64,000 nt of DNA, taken from Sphyrna mokarran (taxonomy: Eukaryota). The stretch spans positions 10,230,001-10,294,000 of the forward strand of contig JAGIQG010000040.1 of assembly GCA_024679065.1 (NCBI GenBank), given 5' to 3'. The position numbers and the translations under genes are program-made. Of this stretch, positions 23,641-34,462 are shown in pieces. Position 1 is the stretch's first letter, and each line of letters starts with the position of its first letter. A model generated the notes under the pieces. The model searched no databases, was not told where the DNA came from, and worked only from the letters and a program-made list of their open reading frames with translations.

Positions 23641-26600
23641 GTTATCCAATCAGGCTAAACTGTCCATTTAACATTGCCCCATCGCCAACTGTGAACAACC
23701 ACCAGATACTGGCATCCCCATGTCTGCGTGGGTTTCCTCTGGGAGCTCCGGTTTCCTCCCACTGTTCAAAGATGTCCGTGATAGGTCAATTGGCATGCTT
23801 TAGTGACAGGGGGAGTTGCAGGGTAAATATGTTTGATACGGGTATAGGGCGTGGATGGGATTGTGGTTAGTGCAGACTTGATGGACCGAACGGCCTCCCC
23901 CTGTACGGTAGAGATTTTACAAACAAATGAGAAACAAAGACTTTGCAAATGTTGGGACATTTATTCAGAAAACAATGGGATATTTGTTGACATGTACAGA
24001 GAAATCTCAATGATGGTCAGTGTCCAGGTCTACATTAAAACAATGGTGCAGTGCAAGGTTAAAAGTCTTTCTGTCTCTTTATCTATGTCTCTGTGTGTCT
24101 CTGTCTCTGTCTCTCTCTCTCAGTAATTTCATTGCAGTGTTAATGTAATATGTTGAACCATTCACATCTCTGGGCCTTGTTGGGAATATCAGGATACCAG
24201 AAAATCTCACTGCCCATCCTCCCCAAAATGCACCTCCCCAAACCCCCACCCTATGTCCCAAGACTGGAGACTTCCCCATAGTCCCCTGAAAGTTTTTAAA
24301 ATACCTCTGAGAAAACCCCCGTTTTTAAACAAAATCCCTGTGCTGCACAGCAAGATCCCACAAGGTGCAGTCGGCTGTATTGAGTGTTTGTTTTTTCACT
24401 TTGGGAAATGTTTATACAGAAAGAGAGAGAGGCACAGACAGACTGAGACAGTGAAATCAGACCCCACTTACCAGACACCCAGAATGAAAATTACACAGCA
24501 CAAAATCCCAGGGTTGCTGCTTTCCAGATTTTACTGAGAAATTGTCCAACTAAATATTAATTCCTGGGAAAAAAGGCGGAGAGACAGAATGAAAAAGAGA
24601 GTCGGATGGAGGAAGGAAATGGAGAGAAAGCAGAGAGAAATAGACAGAATTGGGGAAAAGCTGTGGAGAAGATGGAATGAAAATCTGAATTTCTGAAAAC
24701 TGAATTGTAAAGGCCTCTGTGAATTTTATTTAACAATTAGGAACAGCGCTCTGTCTCCCAGCCCTTTTCAGAAAGCCCCATGGCTTATTCCTTCTTCCAG
24801 TTTTTACGTTCTTTCAGAAAGGAAATCTGCCTACAATCTGGACTGTGGGGAAGACATGACCTAAAAAAATGTGGCCAAACATTTACCTATCTTCTGAAAC
24901 ATTCAGTTAGAGATGAGGTGAGAGGCTGCAGCAACCACATGGTGTAGAAAAGTGAAAAAAAAAACCTGTTCATCTCTTACATCTTCCAGCCCTCATGCAA
25001 AGACATCAATCTGAAACCCGAACTCGGTTTCTCACTTGCACAGTTACTGGCTGGTTTAATGCAGGCAACGCTTCCTGTTTTTGTCTGAAATGCTGCACTT
25101 TGGCCTATGCTGGTTTCTTCCCTGAAAATAAATGTGGGGCTCATTTTTAGAATTCCAACTCACAGCCTATTTTTAACTCGCTCTCCATGCCCACGAGTCC
25201 CTCCTTCATCTGCTCCAATGCTCCAGTGAAACCCCAAGGACAGTCTTTAAAGAAAAGGGGTGTCGCACATTTAGGAGAAAGAAGAGTGGGAAGGTTTTCA
25301 TCTCAGAGGATCATGTGTTCCTGAAAATCCTTCCCTCAGAAGGCAGTGGAAGCAGACTTTCAATATTTTTAAAGGCAGAAGGAGCTCGATTCTTAGTAAA
25401 CAAAAAGGGTGAAATGTGCTCAGGGTTGGCAGAAGCTAATAATAAGATCAACCATAATCTTGTTTACTGGCAGAGCAGGGAGAAAGAGGCCAAGTGACAA
25501 ACTGTTATTTCTCAGTAGCCTGTATGTTGCTGTATACATATCAAAAATTTCATAGCGGCTTAGTAAGGTGCACTGTAAGAGAGGTAACAAAAACTGTTCC
25601 TGAAATTGAACATGAGCAAATTGTGTTTACATCGCCAACTGTTCGGGTCTCGGATTCATTGGCTCAAAGACCAGAGTAAACATTTTCTGAGGTGACTTTC
25701 AAAAGAGAATCATTATAAAATCGAAAATATAACATGCAGAGGAACATGTGTCAACGGCAAATGAGTCGGGCTTTTTTTTAGCTGATTGAAATAGCAAACA
25801 TGCACTCGTTAGGCCGAATGGCCTCGTTCTTTAATATATGAACCGAATGAGTGACAGGGTTGACTGGAGTGTAACATTTTCATTTGCTTTCTTAATGATT
25901 ACTGCCTGAAAAATCGGCTCAACAAATACTTGTTAATTCTTATACCATTTCTCAATAATTTTCATTCATTTGTCTAGGACTGTGTTCACAAGGCCAAAAA
26001 ATGTTGCTGGTCTGAAACGCAAATTACTGCGGATTCGTTCATCCAAAACAAAACCAGAACATTCTGGAACATCTCAGTGAGTCTGTCAGTATCTGCGGAG
26101 AGAGAATATAACCAAAGTTTAGAGTCTCGATGGTGATTCATCAGGGCCATACAGACTCAAAAAGGTAATATTATTCCCTCTTCACACATGATGTCAGAGC
26201 TGCAGAGCTTTTCCAGCATTTTTCGATTTTGTGTTGCTCTTGCTAATTGCATTTGAATAGTTTAGTTTGCTAATGGCCGTCTCAGATCATAGTTCACAGT
26301 CAACCTGGGTCGGCGGGGGGGGGTGGAAATGGCGTAGTGATATTATCATTTGAGTGTCAATCCAAAAACTCAGCCAATATTCTGCAGCCTGAAACTCAAT
26401 TCAATAAAAAAAAACTGAAGTTTTGAATCTGCTGATGAGAGTGAAATCATTGTCAATTGTCAGGAAAAAAACATCTTGGTCACTATGTTCTTTAGAGAAG
26501 GGAACCTGCTGTGCTTCCCTGGTTTGGCCAACACGTGAGTCTGGAGCCACATCAATGTGGTTGACTGTAAACTGCCCTCCAAGGGCAACTGGAGATGAGC

Positions 26601-28499
26601 AATGAACGCCCATGCTCCATGAATGAATAAAAATGCTATCTGGAGTCACATGAAGGCCAAACTGTGTAAAGACTGTATATTTTCTTTCTTAAGGCTCTTG
26701 ACCTGATTGGGGGCTTTGGACGGGGTGATAGGAGAAAAGATTGAACAGAGTCCATTGGAGTGCAGAAGATTGATTGATGATTTTTTGAAACATATATGAT
26801 CCTTTGAAGGAGTAGGGGCAGGAGGGGAGGGGGGTGCCCGAGGGGTGAGGGGAGCAGCGGTGTTAGAGTGGAAGCTGATGGAATGTTTAACTTTCGCGGG
26901 ACAGATTGGAAAGAGGGCAAAGTAAAGAATTGTTTCTTCTTTCAGATGCCTGTGAGCCTTTCGAACTGTCTTCTGCAGAAATCTCCTGCAGCTTCAGTCG
27001 CTGGGAAAGTCTCTGGAAAGATTCAGGCTTGTCGACAGTTGGCAACATCTGGCCTCTCACCACTCAGCCCACTCTGCCTAACTGCCATCTCGCTGCTGGA
27101 GTTTCCAGTCCCGGGTGATTAAACCACAAGTTCTGCTCCTGGAACAAACTGAGAGGCTCAGCGAGCTGTTGAGTGAAACGGCACACTCGGCGGACTTCTT
27201 TCTGCCGTTGGTCGCCTTGTCAACCAGACCCTGGTTCCCCCAATCAGCAGAGAACGCATGTATCATTACATCTCAACAGTTTCTATCAAAATAAGCAACC
27301 CAAAGTCGGTTAACCCTCCCGCTGCCAAGAAACAGAAAAAAAATAAACACTGGTAGGATTTTCAGAACATGAACTTCGAGACTGAGAATGAAATTTGTGT
27401 CATTCCTGTAAGAGAGCTGGATTATTCCTCTTAAAATACCAAATACAGGTTGAGCAGTCACACTAAAGTTTGATGCTCGGGGTAACGGTCTCTGGGCAAG
27501 TCATCCAGAGTTCTGAGCACAGCGGTGAACTCTGCAGTGCCAGAGACACTGGTTCGAATCCAGCTTTGGGGAGCTGCCCGTGTTAAATTTGCACATTCTC
27601 CCCGTATCTGCATCGATTTTATCCGGATGCTCTTGTCTCCTACCTCAGTCCAAGGATGTACAGGTTGGGTGAATTGGCCATGCTAAAATGCACCTTTGTG
27701 TCCCACAGATATGCAGGATTGACCGTGGGCAGAGGGGAGGGTCTGGATTGATTTCTCTTTCAGAGAGTTGGTGCAGACTCGATGGACCGAATGGCCGTTT
27801 TCTGCAATGTGTTGTTTCTACGGTTCTATTTCAACACGGACACAAAACCCATTATGATAAATTGTTCCTCCCTCCCTCTTCAAGAGTGTTATAACAGCAT
27901 CTTATAATGGCATGGTGAGTAATCCAGAAAGCCAGAGCTCTGGGCATACATGAGGATTGAATTCCAGCCATGGAAGTTAAAAAAAATTGTATTGAATAAA
28001 AGCAATCGGGAATCCAGCAATCGAACCATGAGTTAATTGTTGTTAAAACCCATCTGGTTCACTACATGAGACTTCAAGTACAACATCACGGTCAATGCAA
28101 GCCACACGGTTCAATGGTGATTCGGGATGGGAAATACATTCTGGCCCTGCCCGCAATGCACTTACCAATGAGTGAAATAACAAATACATTGTGTGTAGGA
28201 GTCGCTGGCCTGGCCAACATTTATGGCTCGAATTACCACAGCAGTAGATGTAATTAAACCGGGCATAGGAGTAACGTTTCCCTTTGGGTATTGGGAACAT
28301 TTTGGGATTTTTCTCGCTTTCCCAGCCTGGTGGGGTTAGCTCCTCAAATCCCTCATCCCCATTAGGAAATTTCCCCTCTCCCATTACCTTAATTCATATT
28401 GTTTTTTGTTGTTATATTTTAAGGCGGGTGGGGGAGGGGAGGAGCTGGGGGTGATGGAGTGTGTAGAAATGGCAGTATAATAATAAGACCACCAAAACC

Positions 28500-29450
28500 A
28501 ACATTCCTGAGTGGAGGGCTGTGACAAGGGCTTTCCTCAGGTATCACTGCTGGCACCATTGCTGTTTGTAATATATATACAGAAAATGTAAGTGAATTGA
28601 TTAGTAAGTTTGAAGATGGCACAAAGGTTCGTAGATTTGTGGATCAGACGATGCAGCAGGATTTGGATCCTTTGGAGGTTTGATCAAAGGGATAGCAGAT
28701 GGAACTTAATCTGGACAAATGTGAGATGATACATTTTGGAAAGTCTTAAACAGATAGGCAATATACAGTAAATGGCAGAATCCTTAAGAATACTGATAGG
28801 CAGCGGGATCTGGGTGTACAGGCAACGCAAATGGAGAAGGTAGTCAAGGAAGCATACGGCATGCTTGCTTTCATCGGCCGGGGCAATGAGTTTAAAAATT
28901 GGCAAGTCATGTTGCAGCTTTATAGAACCTTAGTTGGGCTGCACTTAGAATATAGTGTTCAATTCTGGTCGGCACATTACCAGCAAGATGTGGACACTTT
29001 GGAAAGTGTCCACAAAATATTTACCATGATGTTACCTGGTGTGCAGGGCATTCGCAATGAGGAAAGGTTGGAGAAATTTGGGTTGATCTCACTGGAACAA
29101 CAGAGGTTAAGGGGGTGACCTGATAAGTGGCTACAAAATTATGAGAGGCATGGACAGAAAGGATAGTCATATGGTTTTTCCCAGGTTGGAAGAGTCAATT
29201 ACTAGAGAGCATAGGTTCAAGGTGTGAGCAGCAGTTTTGTATGAGGCAAGTTTTTTTTTTACACAAAAGGTGGAAGTGGATACAGGAGTGAGTTTTAAAG
29301 GGTGCCTTAACAATACATGCATAGGATGGAAATAAAGGGATGTGGTCCCCGGAAGAGTAATGGGTTTTAGTTCAGTTGGGCAATATTGGTGCAGGATTGG
29401 AGGGCCAAAATTCCTATTCCTGCGCTGTAATTTTCTTTTTTCCTTTGTTG
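28500..29450 (+). mobile_element. Degenerate CR1 LINE (RT C-terminal part to 3' UTR)
   Basis: EAYGMLAFIGRG..LHLEYSVQFWS motifs. Confidence 0.9.
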
Positions 29451-30000
29451 TTTGTACTGGAATGGCTATTGAACGAATGAACCTCCGTCCTGAGACCACA
29501 GTTCAAATCTGTGGATTTTCAATTATTTCACTTCAAAAAATAAATTGGCTTCAGTTAGCGGGATCTGCCATAAGGAGCCAGTATTATGGACCGAATGGCT
29601 TCCATTTGTGCTGCGTGACATGAATTGTGGTCTGTTGACCAAACCAAATGCATGTCTTGCCACCGCGTTAACAAAGAGACAAAAGGCATCCTTCAGTAAA
29701 GACTGCAAATTTATTCAATATTAATAGCAATGCGCATGACAAAAGAACAAAGTTACAGATATGAACAAAAGTGTGATTAACGAGCCAGAAGAGCATAAGG
29801 CGAAGCAGCTGAAGTGGACCATTCAACCCATCGGCTCTGCTTCACCGTTCAATGAAATCATGGCTGATTACTTATTATCCTCAACTCCACTTTCCCACCT
29901 TCTCCCCAATACTCTCTCTTTCCCTGACTAACCGGACGATCTTAAATGTGTCTGAATGTCCCATCTGTGAAATAACATGAGCTCAATAACCTGATTTTAG

Positions 30001-30842
30001 GTTAAGCTAATGGCGAGATAATTAAAAACTCTTGCTCATCTTATTTGTGAGATGCCATGTAATGATGAAGCTCTGCACAGTGGGAGAGGGGGGCTCGATT
30101 ATCTCTAAGGAGCCGGATGTACAGCCTGGGGTTTGGTGCCTCCGTGGCACTGGGAGGAAAATCTGGAGTCCAAGATTCAGTACGGGAGTGAGAATATCAC
30201 CTGCCAAAAAATGAAAACTAAATATTGCACTGGGAAAACTGCAGCTGTGGTTCTGGCAACAACTGGCATCCTGCTCTTTGTGAAAAACATTCCCTTCTAC
30301 TTTATATATGAACCTCAACTGATAATTGACAATGCGAAGTGGGGCTGTAATGCCAAGTCAAGCGTTTGGACTGATCCTGGATGGATTGGCTTTAACTGGT
30401 TTAATCAGGTTTTAACCCCACTGCTCCTGTTCAGTTTAATCCTGTTGATTAATGCCCTAACAATCAGTCACCTTTTAGTGACTAGTCGAGTGAGGAGAGG
30501 ACTGAAGGCTCAGAATAAAGGAGATAATCGCAGGGACCCCGAAATGGAGAGCAGAAGGAAGTCAATGATTTTACTCTTCAGCATATCCGGAGCTTTCATT
30601 CTGCTCTGGTCGGTTTATGTTGTAAAATTTTTCTATGCAGATGTGAGAGGATTATTTTACCTCACTATTCCTGAATATACATTTCGAACAGTCGGATTTG
30701 TGCTGCGGGATTTAAATTGCTGCACAAATACATTCATTTACGTGGTTACTCAATTCAAATTCAGGGAGCAGATCAGCATTGTGGTGAAATATCCGTGACA
30801 TCAGTTATTAATTTAATGAATAAATTAATAAAGAAAATGTAG
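30001..30842 (+). pseudogene. GPR139-like GPCR pseudogene (exon 2): TM1-TM3 replaced by unrelated sequence, plus a C-terminal frameshift
   Basis: From 30202 reads CQKMKTKYCTGKTAAVVLATT..RDPEMESRRKS..CCTNTFIY, homologous to the 17022 exon. Remnant exon start (KLMA) follows TTTTAG at 30000. Confidence 0.85.
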
Positions 30843-30844
30843 TG

Positions 30845-31100
30845 ACAACCAATAAGCCTGGAATGATTAACTGACTTCCCCAGCCAATAAGAGACTGGGT
30901 CAATAACTGACCATCTCAGGCAATCAAAGACAAAATTTCTAACGACTGCCAATCAGAGCGGGGATCACTAAATGATAACCTCAGCAAATCAAAGGGTAGA
31001 TCGCTAAATGACTGCCTCGGCCTGTCAGGGACTAGATGGCTAAACGACCACCTCAGCCAATCAGATGTGGGATTGCTAAACGATGGAATCAGCCATTCGG
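30845..31100 (+). repeat. Degenerate 36-bp tandem array with a CCAAT-like box in each unit
   Basis: CCAAT or a variant at 30849, 30884, 30920, 30949, 30985, 31021, 31057 and 31093. Confidence 0.8.
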
Positions 31101-31119
31101 CACTTGATTGCAAAACAAA

Positions 31120-32480
31120 TTTAAAGTCCAACAGTTTTACTTGGAGTCAAGTGCTTCTCCTTCATCAGCTGAATTAATTTTGTTGTCCCAATGGGTTGGC
31201 TGTTGGCAGCATGGGATTTGTTGAAAAAATGCCAGAGTGTCATTCATCTGGTGCTTCCATTTATGTCTGCCACAACATCAATGGGGTCCATTTTGGTGAT
31301 GGTACAGAAATTGAGCCCTTGACTGACATCCTTGATTTCGATTGGTTGAATGATGTAGTCCGACAAGTTAACAATGGACTTCCCTACAGATTTCTGCTGT
31401 GGTACTGGGGGAGGCTTTGTTGGTGCTGTTGAGGATATTGAGTTTTTCAAGTTACCTGTTCTTGTTGTTCATGGTGTAGTCCGCTTGTTATATCTGCTTG
31501 GTGATGTCTCGTTCCTGGCCTGCTGTATTCCAAGTGCAAATTCAGAATATGGACTGTATCATAGTTTTCAGGTTGTGTTGTCAGCTGTAGAGATGGTGCA
31601 CAAGGTGCTTGAGCAGTGTGAGAGAGGTGCAACTTTGTAATGCAACTTCTGTGTTGAAATTCTGTAATTCAACTTCTGTGTTGAATTACAGATTCAACAC
31701 GTAATCTGTGTTGAAGTTCTAGTTGAGTGGGTTCGTGAACAATAGTCCTACCGGGAACTTGTCTGCTTTCTTGCATCGTAGGAACTTGTTGCTTGTGTCG
31801 ATGTGGATGATATTCTTGAAGATCCTCTCCTCTTTGAGATGAATGCCCTTGACTCCTGACCTGTACTCCCGGAAGGGAACACTTCTGCCTGGTGATTGTC
31901 ATTCATACGTTGTCGTAGCGTCTGCATGGTTCCACCAATGTACCACACCTCATGACATTCTTTTCTGCAGTGTGTGAGATATGATATGGAGATGCCGACG
32001 TTGCAATGGGGTAAGCACAGTAAGAAGTCTTTTAACGTAAGGTTAAAGCCCAATAGGTTTATTTGGCAGCACAAATGTGGCTTTTGCTCCCAAATAAACC
32101 TTTTGATTTTGAATCTGGTGTTGTGAGACTTCTTATTGTGTATGAGATAGAGAACGTTGGCCGAGTCACACGAGTATATATCGTGTACCTGGTGGGTAGT
32201 GTCCTCACTTGTTGTGGTGGTATCCATGTCGATGATCCGGAACATCCTGCAGAGGTTGATGTGGCAGCGTTGTGTGGAAACGACGTAGCTGTTCTCTTTA
32301 AGGCTGGGTAGTTTGCTGCAAACGACCGTCTGTTTGAGATTGCGCTGTTGTCTGAAAGCAAGTAGTGGGGAGGCATCAATGGCATGTTGAAGGCTCCGAA
32401 GAAGATCTCATGTTTTTTTTTTATTTTATTCTGCTCCACGGAAGTACTAGACAACGATGGATAATCTGTCGGTCATGTCC
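31120..32480 (-). mobile_element. Penelope-like retroelement remnants (GIY-YIG C-terminus followed by an N-terminal ORF segment, partial tandem)
   Basis: YSCDSANVLYLIH..CRKECHEVWYIGGTMQTLRQRMN (GIY-YIG) and SIVNLSDY..GLNFCTITKMDPI. Confidence 0.8.
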
Positions 32481-32489
32481 CGTGTTTGA

Positions 32490-32925
32490 CTTCTGAGGAT
32501 GCAATTCCGGTCGGAGAAAGCGTTAGCAGTCAAGAGCACTCAGCCTCCGATCTTTGGGTCAGCGTTCTACAAAGTGGCCTTCAAGACACATGACATGCAT
32601 AATCGCCGAGCAGGAACTGATAACCGAGTCCTGCATGAGAATGGCCTGAAAAGCCCCAAAATTTGGCCTGGACTTGCAAAATCCCGCTAATTATCTTGTC
32701 TTGAGACAATTCATATTACTTTCACCTGTGATTCTCCCCCACTACACTGTATCTGTAAACACTTAATTACCTGTAAAGACTTAAATTCCAACTACTTTCT
32801 TGCAATTGCGTCTGTGTGTTTGTAATGTCAGCTCTCCATTCATCTGAGGAAGGAGCCTTGCTCCAAATATTTGTGATACCAAATAAATTGTTGGACTTTA
32901 ACCAGTGAGATTTCGTATTGTCTAT
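32490..32925 (+). mobile_element. Penelope-like 3' end / pLTR, inverted relative to the adjacent copy
   Basis: SSQEHSASDLWVSVLQSGLQD-like coding remnant; CCAAATAAA..GTTGGACTTTAACC terminus. Confidence 0.75.
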
Positions 32926-34391
32926 TAGCATCATTCCCTTTAGCAAATAATAATTTCAGCCTTCTCTTCTATCATAAGACCATTTGTTGTTTATTCCTCT
33001 TCTTTATCTTTTACCTGACTCTGCACTGCTATAAAAGAACTAAATGACTTGATTTTTCCTGATAAAGACCTGCGACCTGAAGCACACTCCACGTCCCTCA
33101 GTTTTACGAAACTTTCAGTTGTGAAATGACATTTATAGTACCTGTAATGTCTTGTTTTTGGGCCAAGGTGGATCAGTTTTCTCAGTCCGAGCCACACCTA
33201 TCTTAATATCATTGGGAATATCATAGAATCGTTCAGTCAAGACGGAGGTGATTTTAGTCTGCACTGAACACACTTTTCGCCATCCTAAGCCACTTACCCT
33301 TCACACATTAACCATAGCTAATGCATCTAACCTACATCAACTGCACCCTGAGTGAGACAATGAAAGAAGAAATGCATCAATAGGACAGTAGCAATTTTAC
33401 TGAGCGCATTTTTCCTAATAATTGGTGAAGAACAAATTAGTACTTTGTTGGATCCATATTCAGTTCACAAGTTACCACGAATTACAATGTAGGAACTTTC
33501 AAGCAGTAGATTTCGATCATGTACGACCCCATTCCGAATCAAGGAGCCTATCCTACACGTTAACCCTCAAATTATAGAAATTCTGCTCAGATCAAACTGT
33601 GCCGTCTAATTGCAATTTAGAACCTTGTTTAATCGAATTCCAATTCGGCTGAAAACCATGTGGAACATTCATTGATCGAGCATAAGATTCAGAAAATAAC
33701 ATTTGCCCAATTTTTGTCAATTTATCTATAACTTCAGTTATATGATATCATTCAAGACATGGCGGCCTGTAAAAGTCCTACATTATGAGATTATGCAATG
33801 CCTTAACATTTAACAAAAACAAGCTGAAATGAGTCAAGTGCTTTGAAAATATTTTGCCATTCTGCAAACGCAATAATCACTATAATTCAGGAAAGCGAAA
33901 GAATGGAAGTATTTAGAACTTTATGTGTCCACAATGCTGCCAAATCAGCAGTGAATGTCTACTATCTGCTGTTTACATTCCAAGTACAGGTTTTATCACC
34001 ATGTAAAATACACGGCAAGTCGGTAGTGATCAGTAGAATGAATTGCTTAAACTTTTAAAGAATGGTGCTTTTAAATCTACAAAATGCTGAGGTGGAAAGC
34101 AGATAGTTTCAAGACACGAATATCTATTTTGTGTTACTTCGTAAGTTTCATAGTATCAACAATGACGAGGTTGCTTGGTTTTGAAAATTGAAAGATACAA
34201 ATGAAAAGCCTGTGGGACTATTTCACCTCACTGTCGGTTTCTTGTTCCCAGGTAACAACAATAAGTGTTTCATTGGCTGAAGGAGTCACTCATGTTCTTT
34301 CTGGATATGATTGTTGTCCAACAAACATTCCTTGTGTTTTGTTTTTAAAATTCTGAAGCGGAAAGGCGGGCTAAGTTTTCCATCATTATCT

Positions 34392-34462
34392 TCCCGAACG
34401 GTCCATCTGTTTGGAATCAGTCCTCTCACCATCGCGGCCTGGGTTTGATGCGAGTCAGGGAA
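34392..34462 (+). pseudogene. tRNA-Glu(CTC) pseudogene
   Basis: TCCC..GGTC..CTCTCACC..CGCGGCCTGGGTTTGAT..GTCAGGGAA aligns to vertebrate Glu-CTC with many substitutions; B box damaged. Confidence 0.75.

Noticed and set aside
24472-24515. Minus-strand GILCCVIFILGV followed by GTAAGT, resembling a GPCR exon 1
   Set aside because: Wrong splice phase, upstream in-frame stop, no ATG and no matching exon 2.
26946-27118. Exon-like GC-rich segment after TTCTTTCAG (DACEPFELSSAEI..GNIWPLTT)
   Set aside because: Only superficial likeness to an Ig TM spacer; no hydrophobic helix or partner exon.
30845-31100. CRISPR-like array
   Set aside because: Eukaryotic DNA; contiguous degenerate tandem units with no unique spacers.
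34201-34251. Signal-peptide-like mini exon (GLFHLTVGFLFP|GTAAC)
   Set aside because: The nearest ATG is out of frame and no downstream Ig domain was found.
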